From Coraliomargaritaceae bacterium (lineage in GTDB: Bacteria > Verrucomicrobiota > Verrucomicrobiia > Opitutales > Coraliomargaritaceae): a DNA stretch of 64,000 nt. The stretch's first letter is position 1. The number at the start of each line of letters is the position of its first letter. The DNA lies in contig CBFHKU010000001.1 of the NCBI GenBank assembly GCA_965656495.1, positions 114,781 to 178,780 on the forward strand. The letters run 5' to 3'. Below are positions 1-10,596 of this stretch, piece by piece. The position numbers and the translations under genes are program-made. Under the pieces are notes generated by a model. The model was not told the origin of the DNA. It searched no databases and saw only the letters and a program-made list of their open reading frames with translations.

Positions 1-20
1 GAGACTGTAGATGATTTTCT

Positions 21-1193
21 TCACGCGGTTTTCCTTTTTTTGAGGTATTTGGAGAAGTGGAGTCCGAATTGGTAGGTCATGCCGAGGCCCATGAGGAGGA
101 CGCTGAAATAGGGGAGGAGCCAACCGGGGTTGCGGACGACTTGCAGGACGGTGGCGGTTTCGTCGGGTGAAAAGGAGGCTTGGTAGAAGGTGAGTCCTTC
201 GTAGCGCAGGGGGTGGTTCATGTAGATGAGGGCCTGCTGTTTTTTGGCGGGGTCGGGATGGTGGGTGATGACTTTGCTGGAGAAGTTGAAGGGGATTTCG
301 GTGCCGGGGTATTTGTCGTGGGCGAAGTCGAGGAGTTCGATTTCGAAGGGGTGGTAGTGGCGTTGGAAACGGAGGGCGATTTCGTATTCGCCCTGATCGG
401 CCTGAATGGTTTGCGGGGGGAAGCGGTCGTCAATGAGGTTGGAGAGGAGCCAGACCCCGAGGGATGTATCGCCTTCGAGGATTTCGATGTAGGCGGTGGC
501 GGTATTGATGGCTTTTTCGGAATAGTCGGGTGCTTGTGGAATGGCGGTCACACCCATTTTGGCGGCGACTCCACGGTTGGCGGGGTTGCGGGAACCTTGG
601 GCCTGCACGAGTTGGGCGTTGGGGTAGAAGTGCAGGACGCGGGCGCGGAGGGTGGTGTCGGGGATATCGAGGGTACGTCCGGGTTTGAGGTCTTGCGCGG
701 GGATGGTATGAACGCGGTCGAATTCGGTGTTGGAGCGGTCGATGAGAACAAGCTCATTGGCGCGGATGGTTTGGGAATAATTGGCGCGGCCACCTTCGGG
801 GACGGTCATTTGGCTTTCGACGGCGAGGAGGTCGGTGAGGAGTTCGCTGACGATGAGGAGCATGAGCCCCAGGTGAATGGCGTAGAGTCCGAGCTTGGCG
901 GCTTTGAGGGAGAAGCGGCGGCTGTAGGCGACGGTGAGGTTGATGAGCATGAGGCCCCCAATGGTGTAGCCACCGAACATGGGGATGCGAAGCCAGGTGA
1001 GTTGTTCGCCGGCAGGCCAGACGGCGGGGTATTGCCATGCGACGACGAAGCTTTCGAAGTAAAGCTTTTGGGTGTGCCAGATCCCGTATTCCACTTGGTC
1101 GATCGTGCCAAAGAAGATGAGCACCATCGAAGCGCTCAGAAGAATAACAGTAAGTTTGAGGGAACTGAAAATCTGTAGGAGGGCGGACAACAT
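21..1193 (-). CDS. resB: ResB/Ccs1-like cytochrome c biogenesis (System II) membrane protein
   Basis: 390 aa. N-terminal TM helices (FSSLKLTVILL...FFGTIDQV), AIHLG TM, periplasmic domain, and 'IYMNHPLRYEGLTFYQASF...VVRNPGWLLPY' typical of ResB-like proteins. Confidence 0.75.
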   Translation of the reverse strand: MLSALLQIFSSLKLTVILLSASMVLIFFGTIDQVEYGIWHTQKLYFESFVVAWQYPAVWPAGEQLTWLRIPMFGGYTIGGLMLINLTVAYSRRFSLKAAKLGLYAIHLGLMLLIVSELLTDLLAVESQMTVPEGGRANYSQTIRANELVLIDRSNTEFDRVHTIPAQDLKPGRTLDIPDTTLRARVLHFYPNAQLVQAQGSRNPANRGVAAKMGVTAIPQAPDYSEKAINTATAYIEILEGDTSLGVWLLSNLIDDRFPPQTIQADQGEYEIALRFQRHYHPFEIELLDFAHDKYPGTEIPFNFSSKVITHHPDPAKKQQALIYMNHPLRYEGLTFYQASFSPDETATVLQVVRNPGWLLPYFSVLLMGLGMTYQFGLHFSKYLKKRKTA

Positions 1194-1197
1194 TGTG

Positions 1198-1815
1198 CTA
1201 GTGGTGGTGATCCTCGATTTGGACGGAGTCTAGGAATTGCTGAAAGGCGGGTTCCTGACTGAGGACGGTTTTGGTATCGCCGAGCATTTTAAAGAACCAA
1301 GTCTTGCCGTGAAAGGGGAGGAGCACGCCGAGGATGGATTGGGTATCACCCGCCAAGCGCACATAGGTGGCGCGGTGATTGGAGACGGTGCTAGGGGTGG
1401 TGGCTTGCGGGAGGTCGGCGTTAGTGATGGCGGGGAGCCCGACTTGCTGGCGCCAGCGGTTGATGTTGGAGAGGAGTCCGCCCACGTCGCCGGGGAAGAC
1501 CGTGACGGTGATGGTGGCGGTGCCATCGGGACTGCTGTAATTGAGTTGAGCTTTGCGAATCCCGGAGGGGGATTGCTTGACCCAGCCCCCGGGGGTATCG
1601 AATTGAAGGTCGCCGGCAGCTTGTGCGGCTTCTGCCATACCCGGGAGGATTTGCATGTTACCGGGAGTCGCCGGTTTGGCGGGGGCGGGTGTTTGCGCGG
1701 GGGCGGTGATGGTGGCGGGCGGTCGTTCTTCCTTGGGGATGGTATAGCTGTGTGGCTTGGCGCGATCGCAGGACGCGAGGAGGCCGCCGCACAAGAGGAG
1801 GGCAAGTGGTTTCAT
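1198..1815 (-). CDS. Hypothetical lipoprotein, likely co-transcribed with the resB-like gene
   Basis: MKPLALLLCGGLLASC lipobox, Pro/Ala linker, 'GGLLSNINRWRQQVGL...TWFFKMLG'; ends 4 nt before the resB start. The ORF track start at 1842 is an alternative. Confidence 0.65.
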   Translation of the reverse strand: MKPLALLLCGGLLASCDRAKPHSYTIPKEERPPATITAPAQTPAPAKPATPGNMQILPGMAEAAQAAGDLQFDTPGGWVKQSPSGIRKAQLNYSSPDGTATITVTVFPGDVGGLLSNINRWRQQVGLPAITNADLPQATTPSTVSNHRATYVRLAGDTQSILGVLLPFHGKTWFFKMLGDTKTVLSQEPAFQQFLDSVQIEDHHH

Positions 1816-1920
1816 TTTGCCAAGGTGATGTTGCTTTTGCATATCCGTTTAAGGGATTTCGACCGCTCGAAATGTCAACCTGTGGCCTGCGATGCAGTCC
1901 TGCTATTAGTAATTCTGCTA

Positions 1921-3024
1921 TTAATTATTAAAACGAAAGAGGGCGACATCGCCGTCTTTGAATTCGTAGTCTTTGCCTTCGAGGCGGTATTTGCCGGCCT
2001 CGCGGGCACCGGCGGTACTGCCCGCGGCGATGAGGTCGTCGTAGCTGACGACCTCAGCTTTGATGAAGCCTTTTTCAAAATCGGTATGGATGACCCCGGC
2101 GCATTGGGGGGCTTTCATGCCGTTGCGGAAGGTCCAGGCGCGGACTTCCTGTTCGCCTGCGGTAAAGTAGGAGGCGAGTCCGAGAAGGTCGTAGGCGGCG
2201 CGAATGAGGAGGGAGACGCCGGAATCGGTGATACCGAGGGATTCGAGGTATTCGGCGGCTTCGGCTTCATCAAAGTCGATGAGTTCTGCTTCGACGGCGG
2301 CGGAGACGATACAGATGCCGGCGCCGTAATGCTCGCGGGCGTAGGTTTCGACTTTCTGGACGTAGGGGTTCTGGCTGGGGTCGGCGAGGTCACCTTCCGC
2401 GACATTGCAGGCGTAGAGGACGCGTTTGGCGCTCAGGAGGCAAAGGCGTTTGAGGGTGATTTTTTCTTCGTCGGAAAGTTCGAGGGTAAGGGCGGGTTTG
2501 TTTTCGTTGAGATGCGGGAGGAGGCGATCGATCAGTTCGATATTCTCGGCGGCTTCTTTGTCGCCACCCCGGGCTTTTTTGGTGCTCTTTTCTTTTTGGC
2601 TTTCGAGGGAGGCGAGGTCGGCGAGGATGAGTTCGGTATTGATGACCTCGATATCGCGGAGGGGGTCAATCGATCCCATGTTGTGAATGATGTCTTCATC
2701 CTCGAAGCAACGCACCACGTGGACGACGGCATCGACTTCTCGGATATTGGCGAGGAATTTGTTGCCGAGTCCTTCGCCCTTACTGGCACCGGCGACGAGC
2801 CCGGCGATGTCGACAAATTCGATGGCGGCGGGAATGACGCGATCGGTTTTGGCGATGGCGCGGAGGGGTTCGAGGCGTGCGTCCGGCACTTGCACCACTC
2901 CGACGTTTGGGTCGATGGTGCAGAAAGGATAGTTGGCTGATTCAGCCTTGCGGGTACGGGTAAGGGCGTTGAAGAGGGTGCTCTTCCCGACATTGGGTAA
3001 ACCTACGATTCCAGCTTGTAGCAT
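1921..3024 (-). CDS. ychF: Redox-regulated ribosome-binding ATPase YchF
   Basis: [42 protein letters not shown], and C-terminal [17 protein letters not shown]. Confidence 0.97.
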   Translation of the reverse strand: MLQAGIVGLPNVGKSTLFNALTRTRKAESANYPFCTIDPNVGVVQVPDARLEPLRAIAKTDRVIPAAIEFVDIAGLVAGASKGEGLGNKFLANIREVDAVVHVVRCFEDEDIIHNMGSIDPLRDIEVINTELILADLASLESQKEKSTKKARGGDKEAAENIELIDRLLPHLNENKPALTLELSDEEKITLKRLCLLSAKRVLYACNVAEGDLADPSQNPYVQKVETYAREHYGAGICIVSAAVEAELIDFDEAEAAEYLESLGITDSGVSLLIRAAYDLLGLASYFTAGEQEVRAWTFRNGMKAPQCAGVIHTDFEKGFIKAEVVSYDDLIAAGSTAGAREAGKYRLEGKDYEFKDGDVALFRFNN

Positions 3025-3126
3025 AAGGGAGGAAGGTTGGCTTTTGGTGGATGCGGTGCAATGTTAAATCGTCGCGGAATGGTGGTGGGGCTTGCCTGAG
3101 GGCGGGGTTTTTGTATTTTGCGGGTT

Positions 3127-4575
3127 ATGGCATCTAAAAAATCCAGCACCGCGGCATTGGCGCTCCGGGCCTTGCGCCGGAAATTACCCGGGCGGGTTTC
3201 GGTGACGGAGGCGGCGCGTTTCAAGGCCTCGGTGGATAATTTGCGGCTTTCGTTTATGCCGGATGCGGTAGTGCGGGTCGCGGCGGCGGAGGAAGTGGGG
3301 GTAGTTTTGAAATTGGCGCACCAATACGGGATTCCGGTGACGGCGCGTGGGGCGGGTTCATCGGCGACCGGTTCGGCGGTTCCCTTGCGGGGTGGATGGG
3401 CTTTGGATTTGAGCGGTTTAAATGGCGTGAAGATCGATGCGGTCTCACGTATTGCGACGGTGGGGGCGGGGGTCGTGACGGCGGATTTGCAAGCACGTGC
3501 GGAAAAAGTGGGTTTGTTTTATCCACCGGATCCGTCCTCGAAAAACTACAGCACGATCGGGGGTAACATCGCCTGCAATGCGGGGGGGATGCGTTGTGTG
3601 AAGTATGGGGTGACGCGGGATTACGTGCTCGGCCTGAGTGGATTTTTGGCGGATGGAAGTCCGGTGCAATGGGGCTTGCCGCTGAAGAAGTATGTCTCGG
3701 GTTTAAACCTGAAGGATTTGTGGATTGGATCGGAGGGCACGCTGGGTGTGGTGACGGAGGCAAATCTGCGTTTGGTGCGCCAACCGGAGCAACGTTGGAT
3801 GGGTTTGTTTGCCTTTCGCACTGAAGCGGGAGCCTTGCGGGCAGTACGGGATTTATTGAAGGCGGGGATCGAGCCCTCGATTCTGGAATTTCTGGACCGG
3901 CAAAGCGTCGCCTGCGCGGAAGCTTATAGTGATAGGGTACTGGTGGAGGGGATGCCGGGTGCCGCGATTCTCTTGATTGAATTGGATGGGGCAGGCTCGG
4001 AGGTTCGCAGGCAACGAGCGCAACTGAAGGAATTTATGGCGGGCAAAGCGGCGGTTTCAAAGGAAGCACGGACGACCGCGCAGGCGGAAAAACTGTGGCA
4101 GGTGCGCCGGACTTGTTCGCAGTCGATGTATTCCCTGGGTGATACCAAGTTGAATGAGGATGTGGTTGTGCCGATTGGGAAACAGGCAGAATTAATCCGT
4201 TATACCATAGCCTTGAAAAAAGAGATTGGATTGCCGACTCCGACCTATGGTCATGCGGGGGATGGAAATCTGCATGTGCACATCATGTATAATCGGGGCG
4301 AGTCCTCGGAGGCGAAGCGCGCCAAGGCGGGGATTCGAAAGCTCATGAAAAAGGTCGTGGATTTGGGCGGTGCGATAACCGGGGAGCACGGGATCGGTTT
4401 GGCGAAAATTCCGTTTATGGAACTGCAACACAGCAAAGCGGAAATCAAGGCAATGCGGGCGGTCAAGGCGGCCCTGGATCCAAAGGGGATCCTCAACCCC
4501 GGGAAAATGTTTGAACCGTTTGAAGTTTGGGATCACGAACCGGTCGAGGTGAAGCTTTCCTGGGATCACCATTAA
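3127..4575 (+). CDS. FAD-linked oxidase, GlcD/D-2-hydroxyacid dehydrogenase family
   Basis: YPPDPSS, TIGGNIACNAGG, KYGVTRDYV, GSEGTLG, GHAGDGNLH, ITGEHGIG, LDPKGILNPGK. ATG 3127 chosen as start. Confidence 0.85.
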   Translation: MASKKSSTAALALRALRRKLPGRVSVTEAARFKASVDNLRLSFMPDAVVRVAAAEEVGVVLKLAHQYGIPVTARGAGSSATGSAVPLRGGWALDLSGLNGVKIDAVSRIATVGAGVVTADLQARAEKVGLFYPPDPSSKNYSTIGGNIACNAGGMRCVKYGVTRDYVLGLSGFLADGSPVQWGLPLKKYVSGLNLKDLWIGSEGTLGVVTEANLRLVRQPEQRWMGLFAFRTEAGALRAVRDLLKAGIEPSILEFLDRQSVACAEAYSDRVLVEGMPGAAILLIELDGAGSEVRRQRAQLKEFMAGKAAVSKEARTTAQAEKLWQVRRTCSQSMYSLGDTKLNEDVVVPIGKQAELIRYTIALKKEIGLPTPTYGHAGDGNLHVHIMYNRGESSEAKRAKAGIRKLMKKVVDLGGAITGEHGIGLAKIPFMELQHSKAEIKAMRAVKAALDPKGILNPGKMFEPFEVWDHEPVEVKLSWDHH

Positions 4576-4580
4576 GGGCG

Positions 4581-4895
4581 ATGGAGCAGGCTTTACTCAT
4601 TGGATGGACTACGGTTGGCAGCGAAGCGGCGGCGGAGCAACTGGCGCAGGCATTAGTTGAGGCAGGTCTGGCGGCCTGTGTGCAGATTGAGGCCGGTCTG
4701 GTTTCGCACTACCAATGGAAAGGGAAGCACTGCCGGGAATCGGAGTGGCGCTTAACGGTGAAATTTGCCGCTGCCAAAGGGGAGGCCGTGGAGGCATATC
4801 TCTTGGAGGCGCATCCCTACGAGACTCCGGAATGGGTGGTGGTGCGAGCGGAGGCGGTTGCGCCCGCTTACTTGCGCTGGGTTTTGGGTGAATAG
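4581..4895 (+). CDS. cutA: Divalent-cation tolerance protein CutA
   Basis: LVEAGLAACVQI, SHYQWKG, HPYETPE motifs; starts 5 nt after the oxidase stop. Confidence 0.9.
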   Translation: MEQALLIGWTTVGSEAAAEQLAQALVEAGLAACVQIEAGLVSHYQWKGKHCRESEWRLTVKFAAAKGEAVEAYLLEAHPYETPEWVVVRAEAVAPAYLRWVLGE

Positions 4896-5054
4896 AGTTT
4901 CGTGGTTCCCAAAAGCCGTAAAATAGGCTATATATCCTATATAAATATAGGTTAAAAATAAACATTGCAAAAATTATGCATTTCGGGTGATACTCAGAGC
5001 TTGGATCCTATGAAGGGATGGATTATTAAAAGCGATGGAAGGGAGATGCGCACT

Positions 5055-5216
5055 ATGAGGGAATATGATTTATTATTGGCAGTCGTCTTACTGATGGTTT
5101 TTGGCTTGCTGGGTTACCACTATGGGCAGACTTTGAAGGATTCGGGCGCAACGGCGGAGACTTCACAGCAGACATACTCGGCGGCGGCATCAGCAGCGGT
5201 TCCCTTTGGGAAGTAA
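5055..5216 (+). CDS. Small single-pass membrane hypothetical protein
   Basis: GGAG upstream of ATG 5055; MREYDLLLAVVLLMVFGLLGYHYG TM segment. Start uncertain. Confidence 0.4.
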   Translation: MREYDLLLAVVLLMVFGLLGYHYGQTLKDSGATAETSQQTYSAAASAAVPFGK

Positions 5217-5411
5217 GGCTGCGCAGCTTTCAGCACAAAGGATGGGTCCTACTTGGTTCGAGCAAGCTTTAGGGCAAATTAAATTTATTTTAAATAGAAT
5301 TAACATTATACAAAAAAATAATAATACCTAATATGTTTGCATATTTGTTTTAATGGAACAAGTTTGCATGAGTCGCTAACTAAAGTCCTACCCTCCTCAA
5401 TCCAATATATT

Positions 5412-8400
5412 ATGCGAAATCGCTATACTTTAATCATTCTGCTCTTGATCGCATTTTTGGGAGGACTCGCTTATTTTTTAGGAAGCCGGGCGAGTGATGA
5501 CGTGGCAGCGGCAAGCGTCAATGAAAGCGAAGCTGGAAGCAATCCAGCCCAGATGAACAGTGATGCGGCTTTGGAAGGAGCGATGGAGGAGCAAGAGCCA
5601 GAACCGGGTTCTATTGGGGTGGCAGGCGCTGTTAATGATGAAAATAAGGTTGGAGATAAAGGTGCCGGGCTTGCCCGAAGCGGGCAAACGCATATCATGC
5701 AGCTTATCAAGGGCGCCAAGCTTTTGGATGAGGCCACGGTTACAGGAGCCAAGGGTCAGAAGACGATTCGCGTCTATGATGTTGGGAGTCGCTTTAAATA
5801 CCCGTTCGTGCGGGTTGAAACCCTTGAGGCTGAGACGGGGGCGGGTCCAATGACCGCGATGGTGGCGGATCATTTGATCGTTCGGGTCAAGGATCTTGAG
5901 GCTTCTTCGGAGCAGGTAGGTGATAGGATGCAGGAAATGGGTCTTATGGTGCGCAAAACGATGCACACTGCGGGGCATTTTCTGGTTAGTCCAAATCCGG
6001 AGAGCACCGTGCGGCCTTCATTTTTGCTGGAGTCGCTGCAGGATCAACTTGGTAATGCCGTGGAAGTGGCGGAGCCGGACTTTATTGTTTTCACAACGGA
6101 AGTTATTCCCGATGACCCAAGTTTTGACCGGTTGTGGGGTTTGCATAATACCGGACCCGGAAGCGCGGTTGAGGATGCAGATATCGATGCACCGGAGGCT
6201 TGGGAAATTACGACGGGGTCGCGGAGTATTAAAGTTGGCGTAATTGATACGGGGGTGGATTATGATCACCCCGACCTAGCAGCCAATATGTGGACCAATC
6301 CGGGTGAAATTGCGGGAGATGGGATTGATAATGATAATAATGGATTTGTGGATGACATTCATGGATGGGATTTTGCGTATGATGACAGTGATCCGATGGA
6401 TGTACAGAATCATGGAACGCACTGTGCGGGGACTATTGGTGCGGTAGGCGACAATGGCTTGGGAGTCGCCGGAGTAAACTGGGAAGTAACGATTGTAGCG
6501 TTGAAGTTCCTCAACGATCGTGGGAGTGGAGCGATTTCAGATGCGATTGATGCGCTCAATTATGCGGTATTGATGGATCTTGATTTGACTTCGAACAGTT
6601 GGGGCGGGGGAGGTTCCAGTGAATTGATGAAGGCGGCGATTGGGCGTGCAGGTGAGGCGAACCAACTGTTTGTTGCGGCGGCAGGTAATGATAGCTCAAA
6701 CATGGAGTATCAAGCCCACTATCCGGCGAGTTATAGTTTTGATGCAGAGTTGGATAATATAATCTCGGTGGCTTCTTTGGATTCGGCGGATCATCTTTCA
6801 GGATTTTCAAATTATGGGATAACTACTACTGATTTGGGGGCTCCTGGGTCGGCAATTTACAGCACCATTCCCGGGGCCCGATATGCTAGTTTTTCGGGGA
6901 CTTCAATGGCAGCTCCACATGTGTCGGGTGCTTTGGCTTTATATTTGAGTGTGACGGATGTGGAATTTAAAAAAGCAAAAGAAGATCTCTTAGAGTCGGT
7001 AGATGAAATTCCAGCCCTGACAGATCGTTGTGTCTCTGAGGGTCGTCTGAATGTTTTTAATCTTTTGATGAAAGCCAAGGTGCCGTTTTTGAAGGTAGCT
7101 TCGATTGTAGAGGCAAGTGACTTAGGGGAGTCTCAGATTCATAGCCCAGGGGAGACGGTTACGATGGAGCTGGAATTTGAAAATAAAGGCCTGGAAGATG
7201 CGATGGATGTAGTGGCTGAGTTGAGGACTACGGATTCGGAAATTGAGTTATTGGTGGATCGCCTTGAATTGGGTGATATTGGAGCGCAGTCAGTCCAAAA
7301 GGCGGCGAGTTTGTTTCGTTTTCGCATTCCGGAAAGTGTGGTGGCACCCAAGGGGATCCCATTCGAGATTGTTATGAAAGACGGAGCGGGGCAGGAGTGG
7401 TTGCATGCATTTGAGGCTAAGGTAAATGATGAAATAACGATTACCGGAAGGGTGCAGGTTTTTGGCAGCGGTAGCCCACTTGAGGGAGTAGCGGTCGCAT
7501 ACAGTAGTGCAAATAATAGTAATGGCCCGAGTTTGTCGGGTGAGGTGGTTACCGATGCGAATGGTGTCTTTAGTTTTCAGGGGATTGCCGGCCAAGTTAT
7601 GGTAAGGTTAGAAAAGGCGGGTTATCTTACCATGAACCGTGAGATTATCGCGGGTGCCGGGGAGTTGAATCCTTTTGTAATGCGTTCTCCGCGTATCGAG
7701 TATGATAGCGATCGCTTGGTTATTGAAGTACTAGAGGGAGAAACCGCCGAGGCTGCTTTTGAATTCAGTAATGTAGGGGATAGTTATATGTCTTATCAGG
7801 TGGGCAGCGGTGGAAGCGGTCGAATTGGCTTGCGTGCACCGGTTCCGGTCACGGTTGAGCATACGATCGAGGATTCTTTTGTATGGTCGGATATATCTGA
7901 GTCGGGGACGGTAATCGAACTGGGTGATGACACGGTTTCGGAGCGTATAAATTTAGGATTTAATTTTCATCTTTATGAAAAGGATTATCAATCACTGAAG
8001 GTAGGATCCAATGGGCTATTGCTATTCAAGGGGGAAACCAATCCGTATGCTAATGTTAGCTTGAGAGAGGTGAATGCCCCCAATGAAGCCCTCGCTTATT
8101 TTTGGAGTGATTTAAATTTTGAGAGCTCAGGGGCGACTGCCTTTTACAAGCGGGAGCCCGGTAAAATAATTTTTCAATTTAAAGAGGTTCCTTTTTTTGT
8201 TTTCAGTACGAAAAAAGTTAGTGCGCAAGTTATATTAAGTGATGATGATAGCGTAACGGTTTATTATAAAAAGATTGATAATCCGACTGGAGGTACAGTG
8301 GGCATTAGGGGTGATGGGCTTGCGCAGGTGCATGAGGTGTCTTATGGGCATTCAGTTTTGAGTTCAGGATCAACGCTCTTGATAAAGCAAAATAACGGTA

Positions 8401-10526
8401 AGTTTGGTTACGTAAACGATTCAGGTTCTGGAGTTTTGCAGGCGGGTGATACGAAGCGGATAGGTATTAAGCTGAATGCCGGTTCCCTGACGCCGGGCGT
8501 TTACCGCGATTCGTTTAAGCTAACGGGTGAATGGGCCGATTACGATGGGGGTAAGGAAATTGAAATCGAATTGCGGGTATTACCGGCGCCGAATTTTCAA
8601 GTTGCGGAAACCTCACTAACTGAAACCGGAATTGAGTTTGAGGGTGTAAGTCAAAACGATGGTGATGGATTTGTTGAGGCGGGCGAAACGGCAGAATTGG
8701 CGCTTTCCCTCGAAAATGTTGGGTCTGTAGATTCAAGCCTTTTGTCAGCGGAAATTGTCAGTGACAGTCCCCACGTAGAGGTAGTGCAACAGGACAGTTC
8801 TTTTGAGGCTATTGTTGCGGGGGAGACTGGGACCTGTGAGTTACCTTTCGCAGTTAAGTTTGATGAAATGGCAGCATTGGGAGATCCCCTAAAAATGTAT
8901 GTGAAATTACTGGATACGAACCAGCGCATACAGAGCATACCGTTTGAACTGGAAGTTCTTTATAATCATGAAATAAGTGGGCACGTGACTGAACTTGGAG
9001 CCGGGGAACCCTTGTCAGGTGTGACCATACGCTGTGGGGAAGAAATAACCCAAACAGACTTAGCGGGTTTCTATAGACTGGAAATGAGTCAGCCCGGATC
9101 CTATAGCCTGACTGCCAGCAAAGAGCATTACGAATCGATTGAGCAATCGCTTGAACTTCCTGAACGTCCTTCCAGAGGAGTGGTTGATTTTGCATTGTCG
9201 AGTCCAATGATTGGCGCGAGCGCCGACTTGTTGGACTTTGTTTTATATCAGGGCGAGGTCTTTGAAGGGGAAATTGAACTCTTAAATCGTGGTACCGGGT
9301 CTTTACAGTGGGAAATTACTTCAAGTATGGAGTGGAAGAATTTCAAAGGATACGAATTAAAATTGGATACGCCGTATGTGTGGGATGATATCTCAACTCG
9401 TGGTAGAAATATTTCCATGAATGATGATGTGGTGATAGGGCCCGTTTCACTTGAGCAAAGCTTTGAATTTTACGGAAAGCGTTTTGAGAATCTTTATGTA
9501 AGTTCCAATGGATTCATAAGTTTTGATGAAGATTTCGCGCCCAGATATGACAATACAGCTTTAGAGGATAGCAGTACGGGCCTGAATAAGTTGGCTTTTT
9601 TCTGGAAGGATTTAGTGATTGATGGAGGTTCGAGTGGTCGCTGTTACACACACACCGAGGCAGATGGAACCTTTGTCCTGCAGTTTTCGAATGTACCCGA
9701 ATACTTCTATGGTCATAGGGTATGGGCGCAAGCGAGACTCAAGCCGGATGGTTCCATTCGTCTCATCTACAGTCAGGTCGATAATGCCGATGAGGTTGTG
9801 GTTGGATTAAAAGGAAATAACAGTCGGGAAGTTTTTGATGTGCTATCGCACGTCCCTGAAATTAAGGCGAGAAGTGTTTTTGAGCTAAAACCCCAGGCAG
9901 GTCTTTTCGGAAAATGGGAAGATTCAATGGGCGGGACGATTGATAAGGATTCCGTTAAATTGAGGTTTACAATTGATGCCACTGGATTAGCGCCGGGACG
10001 CTATCACCATTACATTGAGATCAATTCCAATGATGTGCACGGTAAGAAGTTACTCCGGATTCCGGTTCGTTTGGTCGTGTATCAAAATGATAGTTATGAA
10101 TCATTTATGAAGCAGCATCAGGTGCCGGATGACCGACGGGGAATTCTTGAGGATTTGGATCATGACGGCTTAAGCAATCTCGAAGAATTTGCCTTTGGTT
10201 TGGATCCGACTTCCGGTGAGGGTGCTTCCGGTCTTAACCTGCTCTCAATCATATCGACCGCAAATGAGGGAAGCCTCGGGACGCAGAATACGCCATCCAA
10301 TGAGAAAGTTCTCAATTTTGAATATAGCCGTCGGACGGATGAAGCCGGTCTCGATTATTTGCTTCAATCTTGCGAGGAATTGATGGGCGAGTGGCAAACC
10401 ATTGAGGCCCGGAGTGAGACGACCCGCGTCACAAGCGATGCCAATATTGAAAAAGTGCACGTCACCATCCCGCTTGATGCCACCAAGCCGAACCGGTTCT
10501 ACCGTATTGAGGTTGTTCCAAGATAA
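5412..10526 (+). CDS. Large extracellular S8 (subtilisin-like) serine peptidase with duplicated C-terminal beta-rich modules
   Basis: N-terminal hydrophobic anchor; triad motifs VIDTG, HGTHCAG, GTSMAAPHV; SNSWGG, AAAGN. Two ~500-aa repeated modules and a C-terminal 'DLDHDGLSNLEEFAFGLDP...FYRIEV' domain. Confidence 0.9.
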   Translation: MRNRYTLIILLLIAFLGGLAYFLGSRASDDVAAASVNESEAGSNPAQMNSDAALEGAMEEQEPEPGSIGVAGAVNDENKVGDKGAGLARSGQTHIMQLIKGAKLLDEATVTGAKGQKTIRVYDVGSRFKYPFVRVETLEAETGAGPMTAMVADHLIVRVKDLEASSEQVGDRMQEMGLMVRKTMHTAGHFLVSPNPESTVRPSFLLESLQDQLGNAVEVAEPDFIVFTTEVIPDDPSFDRLWGLHNTGPGSAVEDADIDAPEAWEITTGSRSIKVGVIDTGVDYDHPDLAANMWTNPGEIAGDGIDNDNNGFVDDIHGWDFAYDDSDPMDVQNHGTHCAGTIGAVGDNGLGVAGVNWEVTIVALKFLNDRGSGAISDAIDALNYAVLMDLDLTSNSWGGGGSSELMKAAIGRAGEANQLFVAAAGNDSSNMEYQAHYPASYSFDAELDNIISVASLDSADHLSGFSNYGITTTDLGAPGSAIYSTIPGARYASFSGTSMAAPHVSGALALYLSVTDVEFKKAKEDLLESVDEIPALTDRCVSEGRLNVFNLLMKAKVPFLKVASIVEASDLGESQIHSPGETVTMELEFENKGLEDAMDVVAELRTTDSEIELLVDRLELGDIGAQSVQKAASLFRFRIPESVVAPKGIPFEIVMKDGAGQEWLHAFEAKVNDEITITGRVQVFGSGSPLEGVAVAYSSANNSNGPSLSGEVVTDANGVFSFQGIAGQVMVRLEKAGYLTMNREIIAGAGELNPFVMRSPRIEYDSDRLVIEVLEGETAEAAFEFSNVGDSYMSYQVGSGGSGRIGLRAPVPVTVEHTIEDSFVWSDISESGTVIELGDDTVSERINLGFNFHLYEKDYQSLKVGSNGLLLFKGETNPYANVSLREVNAPNEALAYFWSDLNFESSGATAFYKREPGKIIFQFKEVPFFVFSTKKVSAQVILSDDDSVTVYYKKIDNPTGGTVGIRGDGLAQVHEVSYGHSVLSSGSTLLIKQNNGKFGYVNDSGSGVLQAGDTKRIGIKLNAGSLTPGVYRDSFKLTGEWADYDGGKEIEIELRVLPAPNFQVAETSLTETGIEFEGVSQNDGDGFVEAGETAELALSLENVGSVDSSLLSAEIVSDSPHVEVVQQDSSFEAIVAGETGTCELPFAVKFDEMAALGDPLKMYVKLLDTNQRIQSIPFELEVLYNHEISGHVTELGAGEPLSGVTIRCGEEITQTDLAGFYRLEMSQPGSYSLTASKEHYESIEQSLELPERPSRGVVDFALSSPMIGASADLLDFVLYQGEVFEGEIELLNRGTGSLQWEITSSMEWKNFKGYELKLDTPYVWDDISTRGRNISMNDDVVIGPVSLEQSFEFYGKRFENLYVSSNGFISFDEDFAPRYDNTALEDSSTGLNKLAFFWKDLVIDGGSSGRCYTHTEADGTFVLQFSNVPEYFYGHRVWAQARLKPDGSIRLIYSQVDNADEVVVGLKGNNSREVFDVLSHVPEIKARSVFELKPQAGLFGKWEDSMGGTIDKDSVKLRFTIDATGLAPGRYHHYIEINSNDVHGKKLLRIPVRLVVYQNDSYESFMKQHQVPDDRRGILEDLDHDGLSNLEEFAFGLDPTSGEGASGLNLLSIISTANEGSLGTQNTPSNEKVLNFEYSRRTDEAGLDYLLQSCEELMGEWQTIEARSETTRVTSDANIEKVHVTIPLDATKPNRFYRIEVVPR

Positions 10527-10596
10527 AACTTAGTTCGTCGGCTTATTGCGTCACTTTTTGCTTTATTTAAAGCGGCTGCGGGTGCGATGTTAGGGT

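Noticed and set aside
180..2940. Long plus-strand ORFs (180-1178, 1237-2940) and similar ones at 13261, 23907, 35027, 37305, 45462, 50228
   Set aside because: They are antisense shadows of well-supported genes in GC-rich DNA and have no motifs of their own.
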